Shown: positions 36,741 to 50,064, counted from the whole stretch's first letter. The stretch is DNA of 62,787 bases, filler included, from Octopus bimaculoides (GCF_001194135.2; 4 parts of 3 records of this genome joined end to end with filler, not necessarily neighbours in it); one strand, 5' to 3'. A program made the numbers and translations. Notes: a model not told the origin generated them from the sequence alone.

Positions 36741-39224
36741 TATAAATAATCAAAAATTGAAAATGTGTACAGAAACGAATTCGGGCTTGTCTTTTTCTTC
36801 TTTTTTTTTCTTCTTTTTTTTCCATCTTACACATATACTCATAAATTATCTAATTTAAACGAACCTTAAAATTGGTTCAGATATGTTTGTGAAATATTTC
36901 ATCAGTAAGACGGTCATTTTTTACTGTGGTTTACCATGGAAATAATTCTCGCTTTAGGCAATAAGTGTCAAAGCACCATTACTCATCGCAAGTCACCTTC
37001 TTATTATCTGATAAATGTATTTCTAGCTCTGAGGCTATCGTCTGCACCGTGTAGCATGCTAAAGTGGTAACACTGAGGTGGCTTTGGATACTCTGGCTTC
37101 GCTTACAGAAAAAAGCATTTACCGATTCGTACGATTAGCCACCAGGCTAGAATAAATTCTATATCATGCACGCTGAGCAGTGTTGCGAACTAAACAAACT
37201 TTTAAATCAGATCAAATATGTTTGTAACATATTTTGACCCGTAAAAAAGTTATTGAGTTTAATTCGTTTATAACATGTTATAATTGTTCATCAAAGATAT
37301 TACTATGAAATAGCTGTCAATTTTTTAATTCCTTGAGTAGAAATTCCATCGGAGTTTACTTTTCCTTTCATGCTTTCAGGATTAATAAAATAAAGTACCA
37401 GTCAAATATACGATATCGATTAATCCACTCCCATAAAAATTACTGATCTTAAACTTAAATTAGAAACAATTATTTAAGCTATCTCTTTTATTTTAGCAGT
37501 TTATCATTATTAAATCTTTTGCTTCAAACTCATAATAAGACATAACAAATCGAAGCAGCTATTTATTCCTTAACAACTGCTGTTCCAAACAAATGTTGTT
37601 CGCTGCTGTAAACATACTTGAAAATATTTTCTCGTTATATAAGAAGCGAAAATAATATAATGAATAATTTCTTGCTAAAAATAGAAAGTACATTTTGTAA
37701 ATTGTTTGTAGGATGATATTATCTAAACCATCGTACGTAAGGAAGTGCTCTAAAAAACAAATATATAGACGGAAACAAGTAAAGTGCATATAATTATTTT
37801 TGTTCTTATAGCGAAAGCACAAAGTAAACGGTATGCATTTACAAATCATGTTCACGACCCGGTTTCGCCTCCCGTTTAAAGTAATTTTTTTTGTGTGTGT
37901 GTGGTTGCAAATCATTAATGCCTTTGAGAATGTCCTATATGTTTACAAAATTGGTTTTTCAATAAAAAGTTTATTAATGGATTTTCAAGTTCTCTTTTTA
38001 CCAAACTGATATGCATGAAAGGAATTATGCATGATTCAGATAAAATCGTTTCAATACATTGAATGCGTGAAACATTAAAATACTAATTTGGGAGATATAT
38101 TTAGTGAATAAATAAATAGGGAATTAGTCAATGACGGGATACCGCTCTAGATAGATTTTGGCCTTATTCTGATCATATTAGTGAAACATATCTTTCACCT
38201 CACTTGCTGATGTAGTAATGCAAAAAAAAAAAAAAAAAAAAAATCCCCAAATAAATACACAAATGTGCTCGGTTGTCGGTTTAGGATAACAGCATTGCTT
38301 AGAAATTAAATGATTCAAAATTTCATTTGGTTGGGAGAATATGACGTTTCAAATCAATGGCGTTCGAGATTTTCTGTGAAGTCTTCTCGTAAAACATTCG
38401 GTAAAATTTGAGAACAATTTAGGCGGGAATAATTCAGCCATCAAAACTGATATGGAAATTCTGACACATTTCATCTTATCTAGACACAAAATAGTTCCAT
38501 TTATGCCTTTAGGTATTTGGGGAAGGAAACATGATTATTATAGCCATTTATTGACTATCATCTCTCTTCTAAAACAATAATTTGTCGCACAATAAATGCA
38601 GATCTCAAAGTGACATCTAGTGTTTGGATGAGAGTTTTATGTCTGTAAATTTAACGTTGAGGAAGATCATATAAGAAGGTTTTCTTTTGTAATAGAGACA
38701 ATGCTGACACAAGTATGATTCACTAGAACTAGTGAAGATTTGCAATACAGTTGGAGTGATAAAAATGAACTGACTTGTTGAACAGAAAGTGAATGTCAGA
38801 CAACGATAATTTGATAATTGCGTTTCTACTGCTAAGAGGGAGTAATTGGTGGGTGCTGAAGTTGTATGAGAGCTGTTCAAATCTTTTGTAAAGGCTCAAT
38901 AAAAAAATACAGAAAAACAATTATATATGTGTCTGTGTCTGTGGTGTGTGTACGTATGCATGCATGCAAGAATGTATGTATGTTATATATGTATGTGTGC
39001 GTTTAGGTGTTTGTGTGTGTGATGGTGGGTGTCTGTGTGTGTGTGTGTGTACGTTTGTATGCGTGAGCGTATGTATGCTTGTGTCTCCTTGCATTAACTT
39101 TATGTAATAGTTTATGCGAGAGTTGGGGCAATAAGAAGGCCATCTAGCCATAAAAAACCTGCCGCATGGAATTCTGTACCACCAATGCAAACATGAAAAA
39201 GGGGGCATAAAATGGATAATGATG

Positions 39225-39255
<31 letters not shown>

Positions 39256-39343
39256 AGCACCCCCACACACACTAAATGCCTTGTAGCATCATCGATCATC
39301 GTAAACAACATGAAATATGAAAACGACATGGTCGTGAATTACT

Positions 39344-39500
39344 CGAAATGTGGAGTAAATAAACAGCCGACAACTGATGAAGGGTTGTTCTTTATGTTAC
39401 TTGTCTTGTTTTGCACTTGTTTCTCTCGTTTTCGCATACTCAGGTTTGTCTTCGTATTTCATGTTGTTTACGTTTAGTGACGTCCTGTACCCATATATGC
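39344..39500 (+). mobile_element. Further partial copy of the putative PLE pseudo-LTR repeat
   Basis: GACAACTGATGAAGGG..TTCTTTATGTT..GTCCTGTACCCATATATGC matches the reverse complement of 3200-3380. Confidence 0.6.
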
Positions 39501-40136
39501 ATATATATATATATATATATATACATATGTATGTAAGTACGTACATATATGTATGTGTATATGCATATATATATATATTATATATTATATATATATATAT
39601 ATATATANNNNNNNNNNNNNNNNNNNNNNNNNNNNNNNNNNNNNNNNNNNNNNNNNNNNNNNNNNNNNNNNNNNNNNNNNNNNNNNNNNNNNNNNNNNNN
39701 NNNNNNNNNNNNNNNNNNNNNNNNNNNNNNNNNNNNNNNNNNNNNNNNNNNNNNNNNNNNNNNNNNNNNNNNNNNNNNNNNNNNNNNNNNNNNNNNNNNN
39801 NNNNNNNNNNNNNNNNNNNNNNNNNNNNNNNNNNNNNNNNNNNNNNNNNNNNNNNNNNNNNNNNNNNNNNNNNNNNNNNNNNNNNNNNNNNNNNNNNNNN
39901 NNNNNNNNNNNNNNNNNNNNNNNNNNNNNNNNNNNNNNNNNNNNNNNNNNNNNNNNNNNNNNNNNNNNNNNNNNNNNNNNNNNNNNNNNNNNNNNNNNNN
40001 NNNNNNNNNNNNNNNNNNNNNNNNNNNNNNNNNNNNNNNNNNNNNNNNNNATATATATATATATATATACATATGCGACCAAGTTTCAGCTCCCACGCAG
40101 ATCCATGTGACAAAATTCCATTCACAATGCGTTGCT

Positions 40137-40460
40137 GAAGGCGCGTTGCTTAGTGGTTAGGGCATTCGGCTCATGATCGTAAGGTGATGAGTCCGATTCC
40201 CGGTGGCGCGTTATGTCCTTGAGCAAGATATTTTATTTCACGTTGCACCAGTTCTCTTAGCTGGCAAAAATGAGTTGTACATGTAATTCAGAGGGCCAAC
40301 CTTGTCACATTCTGTATCACACTGAATCAACCTGAGAACTATGTTAAGGGGTACGCGTGTTTGTGGAGTGCTCAGCGACTTGCACATTAGTTTGAAGACC
40401 GGGCTGTTCCGTTGATCGGATGAACTGGAACTCACGTTGTCGCAAGTGGCGAAGCACCAA
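40137..40460 (+). mobile_element. SINE group C (core X + tail P)
   Basis: GAAGGCGCGTTGCTTAGTGGTTAGG tRNA-like head, CCTTGAGCAAG core, tail shared with 53713-53896. Confidence 0.85.
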
Positions 40461-42219
40461 TTACATTGGTTAACCTGATGCAACACTGGAAGATACCAAA
40501 GCTTTGTTGTGAAATTGAACCCAGAATATTCTTATTGTGTAGTTATGTTTGTGCATTTGACTAATTTTGTCATTATAATCGTCAAGCTGAATTCAACCAG
40601 ATCATATTAAAGTTGAATTGGTAATTGACCTTGCAAGACAGAAGCACGTAAATTATGCGAAATTCTCTTCACTTAACTTTGATGTCTTAAACATTTATAT
40701 GAATACTAATTTTTGTTTACGTTTACATTCGTATACCAGTTTTCATTTTACATTTAAATAAACTTAGTTCGTATATTTACTTGATAATTTATTTATCTTA
40801 CTCTTTGTTTTTACTTCCTCTAGTTGTTTAAGTTTTTGTTTTTGTTTAGATAACTACATTTAACAACATAACATTCTGACAGATATCATTTGATTTTTAG
40901 GGCAATAACATTACTACTTCCTTGAAGTTAATAGATTCTGCTGAGACCTTCAGTTAAATATAGCTTTAGATTCACCTCACGGTCAAAACTCTTTTGTTTG
41001 TTTTATTGTTACTTTGTGTTTATAGTTAAGGGCAGAAAAATTAAAGCCTATTTACTCCCGCATTTTCTTTAGATACAGTGAACTATAAAGATACTTTCTA
41101 TTTTGTTAAAGTCACATGTTTTTGGCTGAATTCCTTTAGAGCATCTGCCAATGCACGCAAACATGTACATATAGGAATATACAGATCCACATAAATACAT
41201 ACAGAGATAAGTGTATAAAGACAGCCATACATACAAACACGCGCACACATACTTATATAAATACATACATGCATACGTACATACATACATTACACGCATA
41301 CACACACACACACACAGATTGGAAATGAAAATGACAAGGAAATAAGAAATTATGTCATGAACTTTATTAGCTTACAGCTGTTTCTGCGATAAGACACAAT
41401 GCATTCACTGTTGAATTCTTGTGTATCACTCTATTGCTTCTCTATTGAAGTATAAGTACTCTATTGAAGTATAAACATATTGTGTTCTAACACCAGATTA
41501 TTAGTATGGCTATACCTAAGCGAAATAATAAAATGCATACATACATACATACACACACGCACGCGCACGCACACACACACATACTCATACACATATATAT
41601 TATATTATATTACATTATATCACATTATATTGTACTCAAGAGGAATATTATTGGAATAAATAACATTGGTCTAGGATAATCTGTAAAGGTCATGGAGACA
41701 AACCTTTTCTTCAGATCCATCATGTAAAAATAAAAAAAAGCTGTAAGCTGTGTGAAAGGACCCATTGGTTCCGTATGATCATTATTACACACGCACACAC
41801 TCAAACGGCACCCCACCACTAGTATTGAAACTGAAATATAACAAATTTAATAGAACCTTACTTCTCAAATTCTAGTCTCGTTTCCCTACAATGTATTATT
41901 GCAAATTATGAATGACAACCACATTAAACAGTTCAACCTGCTGTTACTTGAAGTCTTTGGATGAAATTTAGAACAACTAGCATCCACCTTCGAAACATGT
42001 TTCTTTTGTCACCCCATATACAGTAGCACAAACGTATGGACAAATGTGTCACAAACCTGCTTGACCTGTTTGCGTGTTTCGTCCACTTTTCATGAAAAAA
42101 GTTAAGCATATACTGTGTGTAGGGCAATGTTGGCAATATTGGTCCAAGCATTGGCTACTTCTATCTGTAACTGTTGCCTCGTTGGTACAAGGAATGCTCC
42201 TGTTAACAATGTGGACCTG

Positions 42220-42508
42220 GAAATAGAGGTAACTCGACTGCGAAGTCTAAAAACAGAAACAATTCCTATTATGATTGGTGCATTAGGAATGATAAAAAAA
42301 TATTTAGACAAATACATAACAAAAACACCAGAACTAACAAGTTTATATAACATACAGAAAATAGCACCACTAGGCACCGCACACATCCTACGTAAAACAC
42401 TTTCAATACAGTAACAATAAGAGCATCATAACAAACCACAGCACATACCCAAGGCACACGGAGCTGCGCTCGGTAGAGCAGTGAAAGCACGTGATAAAAA
42501 TAAGACTA

Positions 42509-42601
<93 letters not shown>

Positions 42602-42667
42602 AATAATAATAATAATAATATTATTAATAATGATAATAATGATAATAATAATAATAATAATAATAAT
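42220..42667 (+). mobile_element. R4/Dong-clade extreme 3' fragment, third lineage, long (AAT)n tail (copy 3)
   Basis: DLEIEVTRLRSLKTETIPIMIGALG..IQKIAPLGTAHILRKTLS*, short UTR, (AAT)n/(AAC)n 42510-42667. Confidence 0.85.
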
Positions 42668-43221
42668 ATCCTAAGTTTACAATTTCTCCCACAATGCGAC
42701 ACCCTGCTATCTAAGATCTGTACGAACGTGACTGCATTCAAAAGTGATCAAGACACCTAATCGTTAAAATGTCAAATACTGTAAATCTCGTATAGATGGC
42801 TTTTTACAGGCGATGACCTCTCTTTACATATTCCAACGAAACTATAAAAAGGGACTCTTAGGAATTATGTCACCTTCACTTCAACTGTCCTTGAGCCATT
42901 GTTCTATTTTCCATTTTACATCTCATTGCTTAAAATCTTTACGTATTCAAAAAAGAATTATCCCCAGCCTTTCATTATCTAGACAGTTACTCTTTCCAAA
43001 TAGCAAAGACACCAGTTGAAGACTCGCATTAATTAACATATGTTTCGATTGAGTTATGACAATTCTGAGTAATATCCATTCTTCGCAAGCAAAGCAATTA
43101 GAAATGAAATAATGATAATAATCTACGAAATCATTTATACAAAAGGTTAGAATGATACCGCCACAATTAGGGGAAATATCCCTCACTGGAATTATTTATA
43201 CACATCATTCATTAGGACAGA

Positions 43222-43600
43222 GCATAAAAGTGGTTGTGTGATAAGAAGTTTTCTCCCTAGCCACATGGCCCTGGGTTCAGTCCCACTGCGTGGAACCATG
43301 GGCAGGGGTCTTCTATTGATTCGAGCCGGCTAAAGATTTGTGAGTGTATTTTGTAGACGGAAACTGAAAGAAGTACTTCATGCGCGCGCGCGTGTCTTTG
43401 TGTCTGTTTTTGTCCGACTACGACCGCTTGACAACGTTGGTGTGTTCATGACCTCATAACTTAACAGCTCAGCAAAAGCGATCGATAAAATAAGTTATAG
43501 GCTTAAAGAAAAAAACTTATGGCTCCGACTCATCCGAAAACAAAAATTCTTGAAGGCAGTGCCCCAGCATTGCTGTAGTGAAAAGATAAAAGAGAAGCAA
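43222..43600 (+). mobile_element. SINE group A, diverged full length
   Basis: Head GGTTCAGTCCCACTGCGTGG; tail GAAAAGATAAAAGAG. Confidence 0.8.
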
Positions 43601-43879
43601 AATCGGTAGTGTGTTAGATTTTGGTACGTTTGTTTACCTTTTCAGTTGAAATTCTATCGAATTCGAATTTTCCTCTTCTTTCTAGGACAGAAGAAAAAAA
43701 AATCTCAGTCAAGTACTGAAGTCAATCTAATCGAATATACCCCGCCCTTCAAAATGTTTGATCAAGTGCGTTTGTTAGAAACAACTATTGCGATAAAATG
43801 CAATTTCGTTGGCACAACCAAAATTTCTGTTTACCTTTTTCCGCTACGCTTTTTATGTTCCACGATATATTACTCTTAA

Positions 43880-44265
43880 TCTTTTACTCTCTTACTCTTT
43901 TACTTGTTTCAGTCATTTGACTGCGGCCATGCTGGAGCACCGCCTTAAGTCGAGCAAATCGACCCCAGGACTTATTCTTTGGAAGCCTAGTACTTATTCT
44001 ATCGGTGACTTTTGCCGAACTGCTAAGTTACGGGGACGTAAACACACCACCATTGGTTGTCAAGCGATGTTGAGGGGGGGACAAACACAGACACACTAAC
44101 ATATACACACACGTACATATATATATACATGTATACGACGGGCTTCTTTCAGTTTCCGTCTACCAAATCCACTCACAAGGCTTTGGTCGGCCCGAGGCTG
44201 TAGTAGAAGACACTTGCCCAAGGTGTCACGCAGTGGGACTGAACCCAGAACCATGTGGTTGGTTG
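43880..44265 (-). mobile_element. SINE group A, first bases of head missing
   Basis: Near-identical to 25052-25457; head cut off by the adjacent SINE B. Confidence 0.9.
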
Positions 44266-44435
44266 GCACAAAGTCTGCAATTTTGAGGGAGGAACTATGT
44301 AGGTTACATCGATCCCAGTACTCAACGGGTACTTATTTTATTGACCCCGAAAGGGTGGAATTTGAACCCAGAACGGTAAAACGGACGAAATGCTAGTAAG
44401 CATTTTGCTCGGAGCGGTAACGATTCTGCCAGCTC
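44266..44435 (-). mobile_element. SINE group B
   Basis: GACCCCGAAAGG..GAATTTGAACCCAGAACG..GATTCTGCCAGCTC. Confidence 0.85.
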
Positions 44436-44761
44436 GGGCTTTAATTATTATTTCATTTCANNNNNNNNNNNNNNNNNNNNNNNNNNNNNNNNNNNNNNNN
44501 NNNNNNNNNNNNNNNNNNNNNNNNNNNNNNNNNNNNNNNNNNNNNNNNNNNNNNNNNNNNNNNNNNNNNNNNNNNNNNNNNNNNNNNNNNNNNNNNNNNN
44601 NNNNNNNNNNNNNNNNNNNNNNNNNNNNNNNNNNNNNNNNNNNNNNNNNNNNNNNNNNNNNNNNNNNNNNNNNNNNNNNNNNNNNNNNNNNNNNNNNNNN
44701 NNNNNNNNNNNNNNNNNNNNNNNNNNNNNNNNNNNNNNNNNNNNNNNNNNNNNNNNNNNNN

Positions 44762-45140
44762 TTTTTGTGGGGACATCTCAAAGATAAGGTTTACGGTGCA
44801 CAACCAGTGACAATTGATGATTTGAAAAATGAAATTCGAATACAATGTCTTGCAATTCCAAATGAAATGTTTGGCAATGTTGTCGAATCCATTGTTAGAT
44901 GTTATCACAGCTTTATTTGGAAAATGAAGGAAGGCAGTTTGAACATTTGCGAACACGCAGGAATGAGAGAGAACATCAAATAATTCTAAATGACAATAAA
45001 TAATCGTTTCTACAACAATTTATTTTCCTGTATTTAATTTAACTTTTTAGGATTGCATGTACATCAATAAACATCTACTTGAACACAAAATGCATGAGTA
45101 CTGGGAAGTCAAAGAGTACATCTTTTTGGGACATCCTGTA
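44762..45140 (+). mobile_element. IS630-Tc1-mariner transposase 3' end with right TIR
   Basis: FLWGHLKDKVYGAQPVTIDDLKNEIR; terminus GGGACATCCTG|TA inside (TA)n; the rest falls in gap 44461-44761. Confidence 0.8.
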
Positions 45141-45167
45141 TATATATATACATATTTACGTACATAC

Positions 45168-45198
<31 letters not shown>

Positions 45199-45309
45199 CA
45201 TACATACATACATGTACCAACGCATGAAATTATCGGACCTTGAATCACTCTGTCACTTCTGCTAAATATTAACATACATTAATACATACACACACACACA
45301 CACATATAT

Positions 45310-45590
45310 ATAGGCATAGCTATGTGGTAAGAAGCTTGCTTCTCAACCACATGGTTCCGGGTTCAGTCCCACTGCGTGACACCTTGGGCAAATGTCTTCT
45401 ATAGCCTCAGGCCAACAAAAGTCTTCTGAGTGGATTTGGTAGACGGAAACTGGAAGAAGCCCGTCGTGTGTGTGTGTGTGCGTGTGTGTGTGTATTTTGT
45501 ATATGTGTCTGTGTTTGTCCCATCACCATCGCTTGACAACTGATACTGGAATGTTTATGTTCCCGTAACATAGCGATTATAGTCCCCGTC
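45310..45590 (+). mobile_element. SINE group A, 3'-truncated
   Basis: Head, core, (TG)n and start of the 3' half. Confidence 0.85.
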
Positions 45591-45795
45591 GGTGTATATG
45601 TATACAATTATGTGCTTTGTCTACAGTATTAGAGCATTTTAGCTCTTATTTCTAGCAATGTAAGTGTTTCTGACACCGTAGTCATATATATATGTATATA
45701 TACATATATATATANNNNNNNNNNNNNNNNNNNNNNNNNNNNNNNNNNNNNNNNNNNNNNNNNNNNNNNNNNNNNNNNTATATATATTTAGAACA

Positions 45796-45853
45796 TCATA
45801 CTGATGACGGAAATGAATGTCTTTACTATTCTGATCCAGAAACGCGTCTATGA
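45796..45853 (+). ncRNA. Type I hammerhead ribozyme candidate with canonical core
   Basis: UCAUA-CUGAUGA-c-GGA..GAAU(loop)AUUC..UCC-a-GAA-ACGCGU-C/UAUGA: stem I UCAUA:UAUGA, palindromic stem III, GUC site after 45848. Confidence 0.8.
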
Positions 45854-46069
45854 TTAACTAAGACTGGTTAGTTTCGTTGTTTTTCTTCTTGTTTTGCCTT
45901 TGTGAGTTACAAGTATCGCTAGCTGTTGGAGTTTTAGCACTTTAACTGCTATTTCTAAATTTCGGTATGTGGTGAAGCAACTGTTGCTGATCCCTTAATA
46001 TATATACATACATGCATACATACATAGACACACACACACACGCACATATATATAATTATATAGTTTCAA

Positions 46070-46267
46070 AAAAAAAAAAATTCATAAATTTTCATAAAGT
46101 TTCAAAAATTGTTTTTTCCTCGTTAAATCTTTCCCCCATCATTTCCAAGAGTGTGATGAAATAAAAAGAATTGAAAAATACCCGTCAATACGAGGAATAT
46201 TCAATTTATGTGCGCCAAGGTATTCTACTGTGAAAAATTACCCGCTAACGACGGCATACTCAGCTAG
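46070..46267 (+). mobile_element. Helitron-like 3' end
   Basis: TTACCCGCTAACGACGGCATACTCAGCTAG|T: decayed GC hairpin followed by CTAG and T. Confidence 0.45.
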
Positions 46268-47134
46268 TGCATCCATATATAATTATGAATAAATACGCGC
46301 GCGCGCACACACACAAACAAACAAACACACACACACACAAACAAACACACGCACACACATACACACACACATACAGACTAGTATCATTAGTAGATGTGAT
46401 ACAAAGTTATGTGGGGATTATACATCTACACAAGCATATACAGTCACAGGCACAGACTCACATACACCGACGCGCATGCGCGCACTTAAGCGTGTGTGTT
46501 TGTGTTTGCTCTCCTAGTAGGTCACGACCTACTAAGCTCACACTTAAGTGACAGCATTAAGGTTCTAATAAACAAAGTTTATTTATTTCACATGGCTGTA
46601 TCTCTCATACACGCGCGTGTATGTAGATTTGTGTGCGCGCGTGTGCAGATATGTATGCCTGTGTGTGTGTGTGTGAGTGTGTGTGCGTGCGCATGTTGGT
46701 ACGTATGGGAGTGTATGTGTGTATGCATATGTGTGTGTTTGTAAGTGTGTGCGCGCTTGTGTATGTGTAACTGTGTGTTAGTCATCTCATGACTGACTAA
46801 TGCTCTGGTTCACGAACTAATACCAAAATGTAACCCTTTTTTACCCGCCTTTTTATTTTCTCTCCTCTTCCTTTTTTTACTACAATGCTGGACGAGGTTA
46901 AATGGCTTAAGAACAATCTTAATATCATGGAGCATGGCATTATGTTCGCCTCCTCTTCAATCCTTTCAATCACCACCCCGATGAACCTTCCTCATATGAG
47001 TAACACGGACTGGCCTAAAGTATATCACTGTGTAACCTCATATATACTTTAATAAACATTGAACTCATATATTTCTCTTGGATTTCATTTAAAATAAATT
47101 AATGTCTAATTAATTTGTCTATTTAATGGGTTCT

Positions 47135-47375
47135 AATTTAGGCACAAGGTCAACTCTTTTGAGGATAAGGGGATTAAGTCGATATCACCGAACCCAGTAC
47201 TTGGGAGATACTTTACTTTATCGACACCGCAAGCAAAAAAAAAAAAAAAAAAAAAAAAGAAAAAGAAAAAAAAATGAAAGATAAAGTAAAGACCTCGGCG
47301 TAATTTGAACTCAGAACGTGAAGATTTGGAAGCAACACAATAAAGCAAATTTTTCTGACGCTCTAACGATTCAAA
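47135..47375 (-). mobile_element. SINE group B with internal poly-A expansion
   Basis: Reverse complement similarity to group B. Confidence 0.75.
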
Positions 47376-47410
47376 GGGTAGTAGCTTTCCACCATTATTG
47401 AGAGCTGTTT

Positions 47411-47481
47411 GGGACTGGGGTCGGTCTAATCGACAGGACCCCTCTCCCTAAATTTCAGGCCTTGTGCCTATAATAGAAAGG
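47411..47481 (+). mobile_element. 5'-truncated SINE B with 17-bp target-site duplication
   Basis: ATTATTGAGAGCTGTTT at 47394-47410 and 47482-47498. Confidence 0.85.
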
Positions 47482-47714
47482 ATTATTGAGAGCTGTTTAA
47501 CAATATTAAATCTGGTTTTAAATCTCTATAAAATAGATAAATATAAATACGAAACGGATCTATTGATATTTTCTGCTTGCACTGATTTCTCGAACTGAGA
47601 TGTGAGGGAAACAAAATAAAAATTTTATTTTCCTGTAGAATTAAGCTAAGCTTTAGAGGAGAACAATATAATCAACTGAATTGCAATTCCAGTATATACT
47701 GGTATTTATAACAT

Positions 47715-47890
47715 TGGTTTCAAATTTTGGCACAAGACCAGAAATTACATTGACTTCAGTGCTCAGCTGTTACTCGTTTTATCGAGCCTGTAAGGAGGAA
47801 AAACAAAGTCGACCTCAGAACGTAAAGATGGACGAAATGTCGCTTAGCATTTTGTCCCAGTGTGCTAACTATTCTACCAGCTCGCCGCCC
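47715..47890 (-). mobile_element. SINE group B with internal deletions
   Basis: AATTTTGGCACAAG..AAAGTCGACCTC..TTCTACCAGCTCGCCGCC. Confidence 0.8.
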
Positions 47891-48428
47891 TACTTGTTCT
47901 TGTTATATTGACTACTAATTGATGAAAGAAAGAACCATCTTTGTAGGATTCATGTTCTGGCGGTAGAGCGATGACAACTTTCGAAAGTCTAATCGGCCGA
48001 GAAAGGCAGTTCACTTAGCCTATTTTCAGGAGTTCTGATAAAGGTCGAAGGAAAAGAGCAAGAAATTAGAGATATGGTATGAATGCTTACAAGAGTGTGG
48101 ATTTCGCTAAAAGAACCTAATGATCGGGTTGTGATGTTAAGCGTGGCTTCGGATTAAGTCTATCTGATGAACATACAAGCTCCATTTAACGGATTTTCAC
48201 CCATTTTTGCCGAAACATAAGTTTGTATTGATTCCATGGCAAATTATAGAATATTAACTAAATAGCTGCGTAGTAGGATCGAACCTCAGACTAAATGAGT
48301 GTGTAGCAAACTTTTTGGACAGCTTTCAATAATTAACTTATACTCGTGTTCGATGTTGAATTTACAATTATACGAGGACTTTCACAAGTCGTTTTAGAGC
48401 CATTCTTCCCATATTATATTCATATATA

Positions 48429-48580
<152 letters not shown>

Positions 48581-49590
48581 TGCATGTATATATGAGTGAG
48601 AATGTGACTTCAGAGGTCAGTAGAACTGTGTGTTCTCATATTTTCATTTCTCTCATAAATGCATTCATTATAGCAGATCATATTTCTTTGTTTAAAATAA
48701 TTGAAAGCAAAAAAGGAACCTTTTCAAATGCAGATTTAACGTGCGACTTGACCTTCACACATATCGCATGATTCTTTGCACTATTGAGTGTACGCATTAT
48801 TTCAGTGGTATGTCATTAACGTTGAACTTCACAATGCCAATTAACAATCACGTGTACATGGTTATACTATCCATTACCTCTTAAGGAGAAGGCGTTCAAA
48901 ATAACTTTTGCTATGTACAAAGTACATCCATTGACATAATTTTAAATCACGATCGTTGCACTCCGGCGTAGTTTGCAGCATTAGTCGTTCGTATTCTCGT
49001 TATGATGAAAAGCGATAACTCCCTCGATGAAGAGTTATGAGTTTATCTTTCTTTGATGTTGCTTTTTGTGTCCTTGGTAACACATCTTTTTCGTTCATAT
49101 ACCTAGCATGAAAGCGATCCTCGCTCTCATTTTATGCTGCAGAATGCGCAGTTCGTTGTAAACTGAAAAGGTTGATATTTTTCCGTGTAGGTACAGTATC
49201 GCCCACAACATTCCACAGGTTTGTACAGTATTGAACCTAGTAGTAGTCTTCCAGAAATCCGGCAATACAGTGGAATACCATGTAATATACTGTTCTGAGT
49301 AAATAGACCTTGGTTTTGAAGTTGGTTAATTTATATACGGCGTGTTAAAACTAGTTTGTGCTTTACTTAAGTGAATTGACAACGATTTAACATTCTCTGC
49401 TTTAGAATTGCACTAATTTGTACCTGCATTTGTTAAATAAAATCATGTTCACTTTGCTTTGTTTAATTTTCAGTCTATATACATTACCCGGTGCATTATG
49501 ACATATTTTAAGAATTTTAAGTAGTTTAATAAGTATCAAACAGACCCTTATTTAGATGCATATTAATTTGAATCCATTAAATACAACTTA

Positions 49591-49769
49591 CAGTATTTTA
49601 ACGTGTATAAGGAACCCATTTTTGTCAAAAATTAGGTTAAAAAACATGAAAGTTTCTTATACATGGATAGTATTATAATCCCTTACAAAACCTTTTTTCC
49701 TCAATTTTTAGCTCTCAAAATTTGGAGGTTCCTTATACATGAGGGTTCCTTATACACGTTAAAATACGT
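49591..49769. mobile_element. TA-flanked MITE (Tc1/mariner/pogo type)
   Basis: Left end CAGTATTTTAACGTGTATAAGGAACCC; perfect 25-bp inverted match at 49743-49767; TA at 49589-49590. Confidence 0.85.
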
Positions 49770-50064
49770 TAAATATTTAAAAATACACGTTAAAATACGT
49801 TAAATATTTAAAAACTTTTAAATATCTATACTGCTTCTCAAACCCGTAAAATCTATAAATACAAGACACTTCCGGTCCCAAGTTTGCAGGATAATTGGTC
49901 TGATAATAATTTATTCTACCTCATTTATTACTTTCTGAAATTCGTTAGATAACTTGTCAATCCAAGGCAAACTCGTTCATTCTATAAATTTGATCGAGAT
50001 ATTTATAAAACTGATTGACTTAAAAAACTTAACAAAATTGTTATTGATAATGTTTCTAATCAAT

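Noticed and set aside
41630-41665. Minus-strand CTGAAGA with an AAAGG/CCTTT stem
   Set aside because: The stem is followed by ACAG, not GAAA; no hammerhead geometry.
41933-42215. Weak Tc1-like peptide PTRQQLQIEVANAWTNI on the minus strand
   Set aside because: A single short motif without DDE residues or TIRs.
46815-47130. Possible LTR edge (TGTAAC next to a TGGTA-like PBS; AATAAAC)
   Set aside because: No second LTR, TSD or gag/pol sequence; the motifs are too short to be significant.
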